Source of the DNA: Escherichia coli
GTDB lineage: Bacteria > Pseudomonadota > Gammaproteobacteria > Enterobacterales > Enterobacteriaceae
Length of the DNA stretch: 64,000 nucleotides
NCBI RefSeq assembly: GCF_003334815.1
Contig: NZ_QOWO01000004.1
Reading direction: 5' to 3' (one strand)
Shown one piece after another: positions 10,455-22,347 of the stretch. How positions within the stretch are numbered: position 1 is the stretch's first letter; every line of letters begins with the position of its first letter. A program made the translations under genes and the position numbers. The notes under the pieces were generated by a model, which ran no database searches, was not told the origin of the DNA, and saw only the letters and a list, made by a program, of their open reading frames with translations.

Positions 10455-11849
10455 CTACTCCCTCCGTTCCGGCAATCTAAAGTTAATCTTTTCCACATTA
10501 ACAATATGGTGATTAATCCTGTCGATATCGACGGAGCTTTGCCCTCTTTCATTCACCGCATGAACATTTGCAAGAGACAGCAGTGTTTCTTTTTTCGCCA
10601 TAAAGACGCCGCGAACGTCTTTGCGCATGTCGAAGTTCATGCTCAATGCGGGACCAACTGAGGATTCCTGCATCACTTTGATATTACGCATAAAAAGATG
10701 TTGCGGTTTATTGTGAAGCTCCAGCGAGGCACGCTTCATCTCAATGTTAGTCAGTGCCACAAAGGAGGCAGCATTCCCGGCGGAGATTTGGATGCCGCGC
10801 AATTTATAAGCAAGATGGGTGTTATCCAGTTGAATATTATTCACTCGGAAATTTTGCGGTATCGAGAGATATTTGCCTTTAATTACCCCATAGCCGATTA
10901 ACATCCCGGCGCTATTAATCATTTCAATATTATCAATCACGAAATTGTCACAACCATAAATAGCGACTGTGGCGTTATCTATGCCTGCTTTCTTACTGAA
11001 ATCCGGCGTGATATTGCGGGCTTTGATATTACGGATAACAAAATGTTTGCCATTTTCAACATGGATCAACTGCCGACAATCCGATCCCGTGATATTTGCC
11101 ACGACAAAGTTTTTCACTGCCTGGTCTTCCGGGTAGTTATTATCATAAGTACTCCCCGCAAGGCCTATGCCAATGCCCCAGTTGATTTTGCCATTAGTAC
11201 AGTTGATGCGCTCGATGACATGGTCGGAGATCAAAATATCACGGTCGTTAATCGCCACGTTCCATTCAATGGCGTCGCCCTGTAAATCACTAAATTTACA
11301 GTTGGTGATGTTGGCACCGATAATCTGGTTATGAAATCCCTGGCGTAAGATGGCGTAATTAGCGTGGCTGACAGTGAGGTTATCGATGGTCAGGTTGCGC
11401 ATGACCCGTTTGTTTTTGCCGCCGATATAAATCTGCGTTACCGGACCAAAGCCGCTCATCGCCAGCCCTTTGATGGTGCAGTCAGAACCACGCACATCCA
11501 GGGTGATGTTATGCATACTGCCGCCCTCCTCCCCTGTCACCTGGCTGCCGTCCTGTAAGACAAATCGCCCTCTGCCGTTGCCGCGCAGGCTTCCAAGGAT
11601 GTGTAACGTTTTACCTGCAGGAATGAAGATGCCGGTGTTGATATTGTCACAAACGAATCCGGCAGGCACGACGACCGTATGCCCTTCGCTGAAGGCTTGT
11701 TTAAATGAGGCGATCCAGTCGTGTGGGTTGTAGTCGTTAATGTTAACGCTTTGTCTGGCGCGAAGTGCGCGAGCGAAAGGGGTATGGAGGAAGGCAAGCG
11801 CGGAGCTTGCCGTCAGGAAGGTGCGTCGGGAGAGTTTTTTAAATGGCAT
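10455..11849 (-). CDS. wcaM: Colanic acid biosynthesis protein WcaM
   Basis: 464 aa with twin-arginine-like signal ([15 protein letters not shown]); last gene of the colanic-acid cluster by synteny. Confidence 0.85.
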   Translation of the reverse strand: MPFKKLSRRTFLTASSALAFLHTPFARALRARQSVNINDYNPHDWIASFKQAFSEGHTVVVPAGFVCDNINTGIFIPAGKTLHILGSLRGNGRGRFVLQDGSQVTGEEGGSMHNITLDVRGSDCTIKGLAMSGFGPVTQIYIGGKNKRVMRNLTIDNLTVSHANYAILRQGFHNQIIGANITNCKFSDLQGDAIEWNVAINDRDILISDHVIERINCTNGKINWGIGIGLAGSTYDNNYPEDQAVKNFVVANITGSDCRQLIHVENGKHFVIRNIKARNITPDFSKKAGIDNATVAIYGCDNFVIDNIEMINSAGMLIGYGVIKGKYLSIPQNFRVNNIQLDNTHLAYKLRGIQISAGNAASFVALTNIEMKRASLELHNKPQHLFMRNIKVMQESSVGPALSMNFDMRKDVRGVFMAKKETLLSLANVHAVNERGQSSVDIDRINHHIVNVEKINFRLPERRE

Positions 11850-11859
11850 GCGTTCTCCT

Positions 11860-13080
11860 CTATAAAGCCTGCAACAAGCTGGCGAGTTCCCGATTAATCA
11901 CCTGCTGGTTAAAATCGTGTTCGACTTTTTCGCGAGCACGTTTGACAACCGGAGCCAGTTCGTCGGTGTCCAGTTGGCTAAACGCCGCCAGTCGTTGCGC
12001 CAGTGCGCGAGCATCGTTCTCAGGCACCAGCCAGCCGGATTTATCGGCCTCCACCAGTTCCGGTATTCCGCTATGCAGAGTAGAAACCACCGGAATGCCG
12101 ACCGCCATCGCTTCCATCAGCGCCACCGGAATGCCTTCCATATCGCCATCCGCGCCCGTTACCGATGGCAACAGGAAGACATCCGCGTCGTCGAGCATCG
12201 CTTTCACTTCGTGGCTCGGTTTAAAGCCCGGCATCTCTACCACATCTTCCAGTTGATATTGTTCGATGAGGGTACGCAGGCGTCGTTCCCACGGGCCAAT
12301 GCCGAGGATGCGATAGCGAAATGCCACGCCCTGCTCTTTCAGCTGACGGCAGGCTTCAATCGCCACATGCAGGCCTTTTTTCTCGGTTAAGCGTGCGACA
12401 GATATGATTTCCAGCGGCGTTGCGGGCGCTTTCACCGGACGCGGGCTAAAGCGCGTCATGTCCACGCCCATGCGCGATACGGCGATTTTTTCCCTCGGGC
12501 AGCCCATTTTTTGCAGCCTTCCGGCCCACAGATCGCTTATCGGTAGCATCAGGTCGCCACGGCGAAACAGTTGTTGATATTCGGGGGTGTAGTGGTTGAG
12601 CACTTCCCGACTGGAGATATCAATGCCGTGGAAAATGGTGGCAATTTTGCCGCGAATGACACCCAGTTCCCGTAGTTTTGCTGCGGTTACCCCCGCAGGG
12701 CCAAAATGAGCGATGAACACATCGGCATGAAACGGTGTTGCGACCTGGCCGCAAATGGCAGACAAAATCAGGTTCCGCGACTCGGCACCATAGCGTTTGA
12801 GGTTGAGCGCCTGCCAAGTATTTTTACGATGAATGCCGCGTAACGTCTGGCTGGCGCGGTGGCGCAGCTTCGCCACTTTGCCCGTAGGTTCGTCCTGTAA
12901 CCAATGGGTTCTGGCGGCAAGGTTATATTTCGTCCATGCCGCGTGGGTGTTTTGTGTGTCGCCTTTTTGCAGCGCGACAATCTCTACCTCAAATCCCATA
13001 TCAATAAACGCGGTAATTTGGTTGAGAACGAAGGTTTCCGACGACAGCGGAAATTTCAGTAAAAAGAAGCCGACCTTCAT
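11860..13080 (-). CDS. wcaL: Colanic acid glycosyltransferase WcaL
   Basis: 406 aa GT4-like protein; synteny. Confidence 0.9.
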   Translation of the reverse strand: MKVGFFLLKFPLSSETFVLNQITAFIDMGFEVEIVALQKGDTQNTHAAWTKYNLAARTHWLQDEPTGKVAKLRHRASQTLRGIHRKNTWQALNLKRYGAESRNLILSAICGQVATPFHADVFIAHFGPAGVTAAKLRELGVIRGKIATIFHGIDISSREVLNHYTPEYQQLFRRGDLMLPISDLWAGRLQKMGCPREKIAVSRMGVDMTRFSPRPVKAPATPLEIISVARLTEKKGLHVAIEACRQLKEQGVAFRYRILGIGPWERRLRTLIEQYQLEDVVEMPGFKPSHEVKAMLDDADVFLLPSVTGADGDMEGIPVALMEAMAVGIPVVSTLHSGIPELVEADKSGWLVPENDARALAQRLAAFSQLDTDELAPVVKRAREKVEHDFNQQVINRELASLLQAL

Positions 13081-14357
13081 TTCGCCTCCCCGATGCGCTC
13101 AAGCACAGACTGCACCATCTGCATTCCCGTCTGACGCTCACGACTGACGGCTTCACTAAGTCGCGCGTTCAGCGCCGGAAGCTGGCCCAAGGTATCCGCA
13201 ACCATCACTTGCAGGCTGCCGTCTAATAAATGACGGATATCAATCGCCATATCTGGTAGCCCCAACTGCTGCATAATTCCGGCGGATTTATGCTCATAGT
13301 TGATGGCAATTGCCGGAGTGGCAAAGTTCATTGAGATAATGGCGGAGTGCAGGCGCGTACCGACGGTGAGTTCACAGGCACCGAGAATTTTGCCCATTTC
13401 CAGATCGTTGAGTTCATCCATCACTACGTGGTAACGGGCAGGCTCGCTGATGTGCTGGCGCAGATTGAGCGCCACCATGCGGTCGTCTTTGTTATAGCTG
13501 TCGATACCCGTACAGGTGGAGAGCGCAATCACCTGATACCCTTCATCGAGAATGCGATTGACCACCCCGGCAAAGGCTTTTTCATACGCTTGTTGAGTGG
13601 TGCCGAGACGTTTGTCGAACGGTGCCAGTTCGCGCAGGGTAATGGCCACCGTTTTCTGTTGTGCGGCAACGTCCAGCCAGTGTTGAACGGCATAGCTGGC
13701 GGTGAAATCTTCGGTGTGGTGATCGACCAGCCACGCGGTATCGACGCCATGTTCCACTTTTGCGGTGGTGATATTGCTGTGTTTCATCAGATCAAGGCTG
13801 ACCGATTCGCGCAGGATCAGCGCGTCGCAGTGACCAAAAACGTAGTTCGCCAGTTGGTTAAATTGCTCATCCTGGAAGGGGCCAACACTGTGACCAATCA
13901 TAAACAGCGGCTTTTTCGCCATAAACGTGCAAAGCGCATGTTCAAACTGCGGCACGCCGTAGAGATCGACAAAAAACGATCCGCCGACCTGGATAATGGC
14001 GTCGTAACCTGACAGCAGGCGCACGAAGTCGGTGAATCCCTGGGCGATGGCGATATTACGCAGCTTGCCAGTGTCGGTGACGCGTGAGAGCAATACCTGA
14101 TGCTGGTAGCGGCGACGGAGGACTTTTTTAACGCGCCCGACAACGCCCGCCGCGCTGTTGTGTTGTTTCATTTGCAGGAACAGCGGATCGCCCATTACCG
14201 GGCGGTTGAGCAGCCAGGAAGAACTGACCGGATAGCGGCTCATGACGTCCACTTCGGCATGTGGATTGAGGATGTTGATGGCATCAAGTAAGCCGCGCAA
14301 GATGGCGCTGTCGCCGCGATTGCCGCAAGTGTGGTTGCCCAGAATAAGTAATTTCAT
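13077..14357 (-). CDS. wcaK: Colanic acid pyruvyl transferase WcaK
   Basis: 426 aa; synteny between wzxC and wcaL. Confidence 0.9.
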   Translation of the reverse strand: MKLLILGNHTCGNRGDSAILRGLLDAINILNPHAEVDVMSRYPVSSSWLLNRPVMGDPLFLQMKQHNSAAGVVGRVKKVLRRRYQHQVLLSRVTDTGKLRNIAIAQGFTDFVRLLSGYDAIIQVGGSFFVDLYGVPQFEHALCTFMAKKPLFMIGHSVGPFQDEQFNQLANYVFGHCDALILRESVSLDLMKHSNITTAKVEHGVDTAWLVDHHTEDFTASYAVQHWLDVAAQQKTVAITLRELAPFDKRLGTTQQAYEKAFAGVVNRILDEGYQVIALSTCTGIDSYNKDDRMVALNLRQHISEPARYHVVMDELNDLEMGKILGACELTVGTRLHSAIISMNFATPAIAINYEHKSAGIMQQLGLPDMAIDIRHLLDGSLQVMVADTLGQLPALNARLSEAVSRERQTGMQMVQSVLERIGEAK

Positions 14358-14417
14358 TTTTTCCTCATAAATTTGATGCCAGGTGAGGCTGTGTTTGTTG
14401 TGTTCATTGCCGTTTTT

Positions 14418-14612
14418 TGCCTGATGCGACGCTGGCGCGTCTTATCAGGCCTACAAGACCCGAGCACAGAACCGTAGACCGGATAAGGCGTTCACGCCGC
14501 ATCCGGCATTCAGTGCCTGATGCGACGCTGACGCGTCTTATCAGGCCTACAGGTCCCGAGCACAGAACCGTAGGATGGATAAGGCGTTTTACGCCGCATC
14601 CGGCAACCGTTG
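14418..14612. repeat. REP/BIME cluster (tandem palindromic units) between wcaK and wzxC
   Basis: Two copies of an approx 100-bp unit each containing gcctgatgcgacgctg(g/a)cgcgtcttatcaggcctac and ccggataaggcgtt(c/t)acgccgcatccgg. Confidence 0.85.
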
Positions 14613-14632
14613 TCGGAACCGAAAACAGCAAC

Positions 14633-16111
14633 TCACCCCGCCCGTAAAAGCATTTTCATTTTTTCGCTGCGACAAAACTGACGCTTCACTTCCACCACCA
14701 GCGGATGGCGCGACAGCACAATCATCACCACAAACGCCAGAACGCCCGCGGCTATTTGCACCGCCAGCAGCATCCCCAGCGCCAGTTGCCCTTTCAGCAC
14801 AATGCCCAGCGCATAACTGACCACCAGCGTCGGCAGCGAGAGATAAAACGGCAGCCATAAACTCAGGATGTACTGGCGATAACTGGAACCAAGAACCGGT
14901 TTAATCATCACGAAGTAACTCAGAATGGTGTTGATAATCTGTACCAACAGGAAGCCGAGCGTGACGCCAATTGCGCCCGCCATCTGCCCACCTATAACAA
15001 TCGCCGGAATAAACAGAAAGGTTTTGAATACGTTGAATTTAAAGCTGATATCGACCCGCGCTTTCGCCATCAGCAGCGAACCAATCGGGTTACCTACGGA
15101 ACGCAGCAGACCCACCACACACAGCAATTGCAGCACCGGAATAATGCTGTTCCACTTCTCACCAAAGACCAGCGGTACAAAGTTATTCGACACCACCATC
15201 AGCCCCAGCAGCGCCGGAAAGTTGATAATCCCAACTACCGACAGCAGCTTGTAGAAGTTAACGCGCAGCTTTTCGGTGTCGTCCTGAATTTTGGCAAACG
15301 CCGGAAACAACACGCGGGTGATGATCGGGTTCAGCTTCATCGGCGGCACAACGGCCACGTTGTAAGCCAGGTTGTAGCCCCCTGCCACGCCCGCGCCGAG
15401 AATACGCGCCAGCACCAGCGTTGAAAGGTTGGTATTGAGATAGTTGATGATGCTGTCCGCCGTCAGCCAGGCACCAAAGCGTAAGTTCGGTGCCACCGAC
15501 GCCAGCGAGAAATGCAGACCGGGGCGATAAATTTTGCGGCCAAAGTAGCCAAACAGCAGCGTTCTCACCGCACTATTGACCAGATAACCGAGGATCGCGG
15601 TCATCGCCAGCGGCCAGAAATGGGCGCTAACCACCGTAAAAGTGAAGCCCGCCAGTACCGCGCTGGTTTCGATCATGCCGATTTTGTTGAACTCCAGCTC
15701 CTTTTGCATCAACGCGCGGAACTGCTGCCCCTGGGGGATCACCACAAACGCCAGCGACAATGTTTTAATCAACGGTGCCAGGTCCGGGTTATTCAGCACG
15801 TCGCCGATGAGATCACTCAACAAAAACACCGCCAGACACACCACAAGCCCCAGCCCGACGTTCAGCCAGTACAGCGTGGTGAGTTCAAGGTGGCTGATTT
15901 CTTTTCGCTGAATAATCGAGTTAGCGATACCGAAGTCAGAAAGCGTATCTGCCAGCGCGATGATCACCAGCGACACGGTAAGCAAACCGAACTGGTGGTT
16001 GTCGATAATCCGCGCCAGCACGGTCATCTGCACCAGCCCGAGGCCGATGATGATCACCGTGGCAACCGCCGACCACTTCGCGCCGCTGATGGTTTTTTCA
16101 CGTAAGCTCAT
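14633..16111 (-). CDS. wzxC: Colanic acid flippase WzxC
   Basis: 492 aa polytopic membrane protein; synteny. Confidence 0.9.
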   Translation of the reverse strand: MSLREKTISGAKWSAVATVIIIGLGLVQMTVLARIIDNHQFGLLTVSLVIIALADTLSDFGIANSIIQRKEISHLELTTLYWLNVGLGLVVCLAVFLLSDLIGDVLNNPDLAPLIKTLSLAFVVIPQGQQFRALMQKELEFNKIGMIETSAVLAGFTFTVVSAHFWPLAMTAILGYLVNSAVRTLLFGYFGRKIYRPGLHFSLASVAPNLRFGAWLTADSIINYLNTNLSTLVLARILGAGVAGGYNLAYNVAVVPPMKLNPIITRVLFPAFAKIQDDTEKLRVNFYKLLSVVGIINFPALLGLMVVSNNFVPLVFGEKWNSIIPVLQLLCVVGLLRSVGNPIGSLLMAKARVDISFKFNVFKTFLFIPAIVIGGQMAGAIGVTLGFLLVQIINTILSYFVMIKPVLGSSYRQYILSLWLPFYLSLPTLVVSYALGIVLKGQLALGMLLAVQIAAGVLAFVVMIVLSRHPLVVEVKRQFCRSEKMKMLLRAG

Positions 16112-16112
16112 A

Positions 16113-17507
16113 TCAATATGCCGCTTTGTTAACGAAACCTTTGAACACCGTCAGGAAAACGATTTTGATATCGAACCAGACGCTCCATTCGCGGATGTAC
16201 TCAAGGTCGAACTCGACGCGTTTTTCCATTTTCTCCAGCGTGTCGGTTTCGCCGCGCCAGCCGTTAATCTGCGCCCAGCCGGTAATGCCCGGTTTCACTT
16301 TATGGCGCAGCATGTAGCCTTCAATGAGCTGGCGATACTGTTCGTTATGCGCTACTGCGTGCGGACGTGGACCGACAATCGACATCCCCCCGGTCAGCAC
16401 ATTGATAAACTGCGGTAATTCGTCCAGCGAGGTGCGGCGCAGAAAGTTCCCCACTTTAGTGACGCGCGGATCGTTCTGCGTCGCCTGGGTCACCACTTTG
16501 TCGTTCTCCATCACTTTCATGGAACGGAACTTCCACACTTTGATCGGCTTGCCATCCATGCCGTAGCGAGTCTGGCGGAAAATAACCGGCCCTGGTGAAC
16601 TGAGTTTTACCGCCAGCGCAATACAGCACAGCACCGGGGAGATCAGCAGCAAGATCAGCGTCGCCAGCACAATGTCTTCCGCACGTTTTAGCAGGCGGTT
16701 AACCCCGGAAAGCGGCGTGTCATACAGCGGCACCACCGGAACGCCGTTCATCTCTTCGAGACGTGAATGGAGAATATTGAAGGTAAAGACATCGGGGATC
16801 AGCAGCACCGAACAGGTGGTGTCCGCCAGTTGATGGACCAGTTTTTTCACTCGCGCGCCGTCGCACATTTGCATCGCGATATAGACGTTATGAATCTTGC
16901 CCGCTTTAGCATCCTCGACCAGCTGTTGCAGATTGCCCGCCCAGTCGTTAGAAACGCCGCCCGGTTTCGGGTCGTGGTAAACGCCCACCACTTCAAACCC
17001 TAACCACGGCTGATTACGGAAGCTCTCCATCAGCATTTGTCCGGCGGCTAAATCCCCCGCCACCGCGACCATGCGCTTGTTATAGCCATGATTACGCAGC
17101 CAGCCCGCCCCAATGCGAATACATGAACGGCAAACCACCAGTCCGATACTGGTCAGCCCATACCACGCCAGCCAGATTTTCAGTTGCGTGTCGAAATCAT
17201 TGTTGAACGCCACCAGTCCGGCGCTGAAAATCACGCTTAAGGTCCAGTTTTGTAGCAACAGGGCAAATTCTGTCGCTGCCCGAACACCGCGCCATGAGCG
17301 ATAAAAATCGGTGATGCCGCCCAGCATCTGGAACACCACCAGCGTAATCAACGCCACCAACAGGTGCATGTAGAGGAATGACAGTCCGCTCACTTCGCAA
17401 ACCAGCCATAGTCCGGCAAACATGATGGTGATATCTGAAAAGCGTTGCACCATAGAGATTAACGATGCATTGGTTTTCGCTCGCTCGCGCTTTTTTAGAT
17501 TTGTCAT
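16113..17507 (-). CDS. wcaJ: UDP-glucose:undecaprenyl-phosphate glucose-1-phosphate transferase WcaJ
   Basis: 464 aa; C-terminal sugar transferase domain (PRPHAVAHNEQY...); synteny. Confidence 0.9.
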   Translation of the reverse strand: MTNLKKRERAKTNASLISMVQRFSDITIMFAGLWLVCEVSGLSFLYMHLLVALITLVVFQMLGGITDFYRSWRGVRAATEFALLLQNWTLSVIFSAGLVAFNNDFDTQLKIWLAWYGLTSIGLVVCRSCIRIGAGWLRNHGYNKRMVAVAGDLAAGQMLMESFRNQPWLGFEVVGVYHDPKPGGVSNDWAGNLQQLVEDAKAGKIHNVYIAMQMCDGARVKKLVHQLADTTCSVLLIPDVFTFNILHSRLEEMNGVPVVPLYDTPLSGVNRLLKRAEDIVLATLILLLISPVLCCIALAVKLSSPGPVIFRQTRYGMDGKPIKVWKFRSMKVMENDKVVTQATQNDPRVTKVGNFLRRTSLDELPQFINVLTGGMSIVGPRPHAVAHNEQYRQLIEGYMLRHKVKPGITGWAQINGWRGETDTLEKMEKRVEFDLEYIREWSVWFDIKIVFLTVFKGFVNKAAY

Positions 17508-17529
17508 CGTTGTTCCTGTTCTATTGTCG

Positions 17530-17632
17530 CCTCGCCCCTCACCCCGGCCCTCTCCCCAAAGGGGCGAGGGGGAGAAGAAAGTTCCGTGCTCACTTCTCTC
17601 CGCAGGCAGTAGAGCGTCAGGGTGAGGGGGAA
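17530..17632. repeat. GC-rich palindromic intergenic element between wcaJ and cpsG
   Basis: ctcgcccctcaccc ... ggggcgaggggg inverted repeat, plus a further ggtgaggggg copy; resembles E. coli intergenic GC-rich repeats, family not assigned. Confidence 0.35.
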
Positions 17633-17642
17633 AGTAATGACA

Positions 17643-19013
17643 TTACTCGTTCAGCAACGTCAGCAGAGTTCGCGTTCGCGCTTCCATCAGCGGTACATCA
17701 CCGCGCGATTCCACATTCAACCGCACCACCGGTTCGGTGTTGGAGGAGCGCAGGTTAAAGCGCCAGTCGGCAAAGGTCATGCTGATACCATCGGTGCGAT
17801 CCACCGCCAGCGCCTCACGGCTAAAGTGCTGTTCCACGCGGTTAATCGCCTCAACGGGTTGCGCCAGTTTGCTGTTGATCTCACCGCTTGCCGGAAACGC
17901 CGCCATCCGGTCGCGCACCAGTTCGCCCAGCGTTTTTCCTTTCAGGCACACCAGTTCGGCGACCAGCAGCCATGGGATCATGCCGCTGTCGCAGTAAGCG
18001 AAATCACGGAAGTAATGGTGGGCGCTCATTTCGCCACCGTAGATGGCGTCTTCCTTGCGCATACGTTCTTTAATAAAGGCGTGTCCGGTTTTCGACATTA
18101 CCGGGGTGCCGCCTGCGGCAGTCACCACATCAACGGTATTCCAGGAGAGACGAGGATCGTGGATGATCTTCGCGCCGGGATTTTTTTCGAGGAACGCTTC
18201 TGCCAGCAGGCCGACAATGTAGTAGCCCTCAATAAACTGCCCTTTTTCGTCAAACAGGAAGCAGCGGTCAAAATCGCCATCAAAGGCAATGCCCATATCC
18301 GCGCCGTGTTTGATGACCGCATTGCGGGTGTCGTCGCGGCATTCCGGCAGTAGTGGGTTAGGAATACCGTTGGGGAAATTGCCGTCCGGCGTGTTGTGCA
18401 CTTTGATTAATTCCACGGGTGCGCCGAGGGCTTTAAAGCGGGCTTCAATGGCGTCCACCACCGGACCCGCTGCGCCGTTCCCGGAGTTGATCACCAGCTT
18501 GAGCGGCGTGAGGTTTTTGACGTTGATATAACCGAACAGGTGATCAACGTAAGCGTCACGCAGGTTGATTTGCTGATAGCGACCGCGTTTGGTTTCATCG
18601 ACGGGAGGAAAGTCGTTGGCTTCAGCCAGACGCTGGACGTCGCGCAGTCCGGTATCTCCGCTGATCGGGCGAGCCCCCTCGCGAACCAGCTTCATGCCGT
18701 TATAATCCATCGGATTATGGCTGGCGGTAACTTCAATGCCGCCATCCACGCCGAGATGGAACGTGGCGAAATAGATCTCTTCGGTGCCGGACATACCAAT
18801 ATCCAGCACGTCAACGCCCGCATCCTGTAAACCTTTTGCCAGCGCCAGTTTTAAGGTTTCGCTGGTGAGACGGACATCACCGCCTAACACAATGGTTTTC
18901 GGTTTGAGAAATTCGCCATAAGCGCGACCAATGCGCCAGGCAATATCTTCATTCAATTCTTCGCCTAATTTCCCGCGAATATCATAGGCTTTAAAGCAGG
19001 TTAATTTTTTCAT
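17643..19013 (-). CDS. cpsG: Phosphomannomutase
   Basis: ORF track 472 aa; conserved start [15 protein letters not shown] at 19013 gives 456 aa; TASHNP active-site motif present. Confidence 0.95.
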   Translation of the reverse strand: MKKLTCFKAYDIRGKLGEELNEDIAWRIGRAYGEFLKPKTIVLGGDVRLTSETLKLALAKGLQDAGVDVLDIGMSGTEEIYFATFHLGVDGGIEVTASHNPMDYNGMKLVREGARPISGDTGLRDVQRLAEANDFPPVDETKRGRYQQINLRDAYVDHLFGYINVKNLTPLKLVINSGNGAAGPVVDAIEARFKALGAPVELIKVHNTPDGNFPNGIPNPLLPECRDDTRNAVIKHGADMGIAFDGDFDRCFLFDEKGQFIEGYYIVGLLAEAFLEKNPGAKIIHDPRLSWNTVDVVTAAGGTPVMSKTGHAFIKERMRKEDAIYGGEMSAHHYFRDFAYCDSGMIPWLLVAELVCLKGKTLGELVRDRMAAFPASGEINSKLAQPVEAINRVEQHFSREALAVDRTDGISMTFADWRFNLRSSNTEPVVRLNVESRGDVPLMEARTRTLLTLLNE

Positions 19014-19102
19014 ATCGTTACCCTTTTTCAGGCAATAGTTGGCCCTGACCGAAGCGGCCAATTTTATTTTTGTCGTTATTTACACCGCGGTTTCGCATTC
19101 AT

Positions 19103-19204
<102 letters not shown>

Positions 19205-19205
19205 T

Positions 19206-20642
19206 TTACACTCGTCCGTAGCGATCCGCGAAGCGCACCACATCATCCTCTTCGAGATAAGAGCCGGAGCGCACTTCAATTAAATCGAGCGGAATTTTCC
19301 CCGGGTTTTCCAGGCAGTGCGTCGCCCCCAGCGGAATATAAATGGACTCGTTTTCACCAAGCAGTTTGATATCACCGTCAATGGTGACTTTTGCCGTTCC
19401 CGCAACCACCACCCAGTGTTCCGCGCGGTGATGGTGCATCTGTACCGACAAGCCCTCGCCCGGTTTCACGGTGATGCGTTTCACCTGGTAGCGGTCGCCC
19501 GCGTCGATAGAGTCATATTTGCCCCACGGACGATACACTTCGCGATGCACCCGATGCTCATGGCGACCATCGGCTTTGATCTGCTCGACCACTTTTTTCA
19601 CATCCTGCACCGCGTTACGGTCGGCAATCAGCACCGCATCTTTGGTCTGCACCACTACCAGATCTTTCACCCCGACGGTGGTGACCAGGCCAGATTCGGC
19701 GTACACATAGCTGTTTTCAGTTTTGTGATTAATCACATCTCCGTGGCAAACGTTGCCCTCGGCGGTGTGGGCGCTAATTTCCCATAATGAGGACCAGGAG
19801 CCGACATCGCTCCAGCCCGCATCCATCGGTACCACAACGGCATCTGCCGTACGTTCCATGACCGCGTAATCCACCGACTCTTCCGGGCAGGCGAGAAACG
19901 CTTCTTCATCCACACGAATAAAATCAAGATCCGGATCGACGGAGCTCATCGCTTTTTCACAGGCATCGAGAATATCCGGGCGATATTTTTTCAGTTCTTC
20001 GAGATAGCGTCCGGCGCGGAACAGGAACATGCCGCTGTTCCAGTAATATTCGCCGCTTGCCACATAGGCCTGAGCGGTTTCAAGATTCGGTTTTTCGACA
20101 AACTGCGCCACTTCAAAGGCCACCGTATCCTGCTCACCCGCAGACACTTCACCGCGACGAATATAGCCATAACCGGTTTCTGGTAGATCCGGCACAATGC
20201 CAAAGGTCACCAGCTTGCCCGCTTCGGCATATGGCATGGCATTACGCACGGCGGCACGGAACGCGTCTTCATCGGCAATCACATGATCCGCCGCCAATAC
20301 CAGCATTAACGGGTCGCTCTCCGGGCTATGACGTTTTGCCGCCAGCGCCGCCAACGCAATGGCAGGTGCAGTGTTACGCCCTGCAGGTTCGAGAATAATG
20401 TTCTCGGTGAGTTTGTTCAGTTGACGCAGCTGTTCCGCGACAATAAAGCGGTGCTGCTCATTGCAAATCACCACCGGGCTTTCGCACTCCACGCCGTTTA
20501 GGCGGCAGATGGTGGTTTGCAGCATGGTGAGATCGCCTTTCAGGCATAAAAACTGCTTGGGATAAAGTACGCGGGAAAGCGGCCATAAGCGGCTACCGGA
20601 GCCACCTGCCATCACAACTGGATAGAGTTTCGACTGCGCCAT
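19206..20642 (-). CDS. cpsB: Mannose-1-phosphate guanylyltransferase
   Basis: 478 aa; [24 protein letters not shown] nucleotidyltransferase N-terminus and C-terminal cupin region. Confidence 0.95.
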   Translation of the reverse strand: MAQSKLYPVVMAGGSGSRLWPLSRVLYPKQFLCLKGDLTMLQTTICRLNGVECESPVVICNEQHRFIVAEQLRQLNKLTENIILEPAGRNTAPAIALAALAAKRHSPESDPLMLVLAADHVIADEDAFRAAVRNAMPYAEAGKLVTFGIVPDLPETGYGYIRRGEVSAGEQDTVAFEVAQFVEKPNLETAQAYVASGEYYWNSGMFLFRAGRYLEELKKYRPDILDACEKAMSSVDPDLDFIRVDEEAFLACPEESVDYAVMERTADAVVVPMDAGWSDVGSWSSLWEISAHTAEGNVCHGDVINHKTENSYVYAESGLVTTVGVKDLVVVQTKDAVLIADRNAVQDVKKVVEQIKADGRHEHRVHREVYRPWGKYDSIDAGDRYQVKRITVKPGEGLSVQMHHHRAEHWVVVAGTAKVTIDGDIKLLGENESIYIPLGATHCLENPGKIPLDLIEVRSGSYLEEDDVVRFADRYGRV

Positions 20643-20644
20643 AA

Positions 20645-21868
20645 TTATCCCCGAATATCATTTATAAATTGACGTAACACGTTCTCTTTATCGAGCGTGC
20701 GTTCGGCATATTCACGTGCCACCGTGTTGTGTTTGGGCAGCAGGAGCGCCTGACGGATCCCCGCCACCAGCGCCTCGACCGATTCCGGTTCTACGCAAAC
20801 CGCAATGCCCGGAAAGGTTTCGCAAAGCTGCCCCAGTTCTGTGTGGGCTTCTGCGGTAATCACCGCGTTACCGCCTACCGCCAGAATATTGGTCAGTTTC
20901 GACGGCAATACGGCATCTGCCGCGCCGCGTTTTTGCACCACCAGATGGCAATCGCCCATCTTCAGCAGTGCGGGTAAAGCGTCATACGATTGCAGCGGGA
21001 AAAATTGCATGTTGCGCAGTCCACGCTGCTGCGCCATTTTTTCCAGCCGCGCTTTGCCGCCGCCTTGCCCGACAATGGCAAAAATCAGCGGTTCATCGCG
21101 CAGGCGATCGGCAGCTTCAATAACGTTTTCCAGCCCCTGCTTTTCACCAATATTGCCGGAGTAAAGAATGATTTTTTTGTTATCCGGCAGGCCAAGCTGG
21201 TTACGAAGGGCATCAACATCGGCATCTGCAACATGCTGAAAACGGGCAATTTCCGACCAGTTGGGGAAGAAAATGACGTTTTCCGCCGCCACGCCTTTTT
21301 CGATGGCTTTATTCATCATCGAACGCGAAATCGTGGAGACGTTATCGACGTTATGCAATCCGCTACGTTCGAACGCCGTTGCCAGCTGTGCCACTTTGCC
21401 GCCTTTGCCTTTTCCGGCAAGGCCCAGCCCCAGCATGGCGTCCACTTCGTAATCCTGAATATGCAGCACGGTACGCGCACCAGAGAGTTTCGCCAGCAGG
21501 CGCATTCCCGGCGTGCAAAACAGCGTTGGCACCACGCCGATAATGCGATCCGGCTTCCAGCGACGTTGCGCCATCAGAGGAAAGAAACTGCTGACGGCAA
21601 AACTGCTGAGATGTAACAGGCGTTTCAGGGTGCTCGGCTGTTTTGGCACGTACAGCGGGCAGCGCCACACCGTGGCGGCCCCCTCTTCTCGTTTGTAGCG
21701 CCAGGCGGAATAGTTCTCGCCCACCTGCCACTGCGGGTAGTAAGGCGGTGCGGTAATAACCCGCACCTCATGACCTTGTGCCGCCAGCCATTCCACCATC
21801 TCGCCGGTGTATTTGCCGATACCGGTTAACTCCGGCGAGTAGTTAATGCCGTAGACCAGTATTTTCAT
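20645..21868 (-). CDS. wcaI: Colanic acid glycosyltransferase WcaI
   Basis: 407 aa GT4-like; synteny. Confidence 0.9.
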   Translation of the reverse strand: MKILVYGINYSPELTGIGKYTGEMVEWLAAQGHEVRVITAPPYYPQWQVGENYSAWRYKREEGAATVWRCPLYVPKQPSTLKRLLHLSSFAVSSFFPLMAQRRWKPDRIIGVVPTLFCTPGMRLLAKLSGARTVLHIQDYEVDAMLGLGLAGKGKGGKVAQLATAFERSGLHNVDNVSTISRSMMNKAIEKGVAAENVIFFPNWSEIARFQHVADADVDALRNQLGLPDNKKIILYSGNIGEKQGLENVIEAADRLRDEPLIFAIVGQGGGKARLEKMAQQRGLRNMQFFPLQSYDALPALLKMGDCHLVVQKRGAADAVLPSKLTNILAVGGNAVITAEAHTELGQLCETFPGIAVCVEPESVEALVAGIRQALLLPKHNTVAREYAERTLDKENVLRQFINDIRG

Positions 21869-22347
21869 AATCCGGGTACTCCGGCACGCTTCTCAGCGAG
21901 AAAATAGGCGCGGCTGTTAGCGTGAACATCGTTACTGGCGAGCAGCGCGTCCGGCGTCAGCCAGCGGTAATCGTCATGCTGCTCATCCGGCAGTATCAGA
22001 TCTTCTTCAGCGACTCTGAAGCGAAAACCGAGCACCACATAGTGAGTGGTGAAATCCGTGCCGGAGAAGTTATCGTCATAAAAGTGCTGCCAGACACCGT
22101 AAAACTGGCCTGCTGTTATCGGCAGACGCAGCCCCAGTTCCGCCATCGTCAGCCGCTCGAATGCGGCTTCCAGCGTTTCGTCTTTCTGCACGCGCCCTCC
22201 CGGCACAAACCAGTAACCCTGCGCCGGGCGGTTGGTTCTTTTGCCAAGCAGAAACTCGCCGCGACTGTTCTCGACAATAAAGTCGAGAGAGACAAGCGGG
22301 GTGGAGCGCACTACCGTGGCAAAGTCTTCCTGACGTAAAAACATCAT
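21865..22347 (-). CDS. gmm: GDP-mannose mannosyl hydrolase (Nudix)
   Basis: 160 aa (alternative start one codon downstream at 22344); Nudix box region; synteny. Confidence 0.9.
   Translation of the reverse strand: MMFLRQEDFATVVRSTPLVSLDFIVENSRGEFLLGKRTNRPAQGYWFVPGGRVQKDETLEAAFERLTMAELGLRLPITAGQFYGVWQHFYDDNFSGTDFTTHYVVLGFRFRVAEEDLILPDEQHDDYRWLTPDALLASNDVHANSRAYFLAEKRAGVPGL

Noticed and set aside
14418-14612. Tandem repeats as a possible CRISPR array
   Set aside because: The repeats are classical REP palindromes (gcctgatgcgacgc...) with variable spacing, not uniform direct repeats with unique spacers, and no cas genes are nearby.
17422-17758. Short plus-strand ORFs (67 and 97 aa) across the wcaJ-cpsG junction
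   Set aside because: They span the GC-rich repeat and the antisense of cpsG; Pro/Arg/Gly-rich translation typical of reading GC-rich repeats out of frame.
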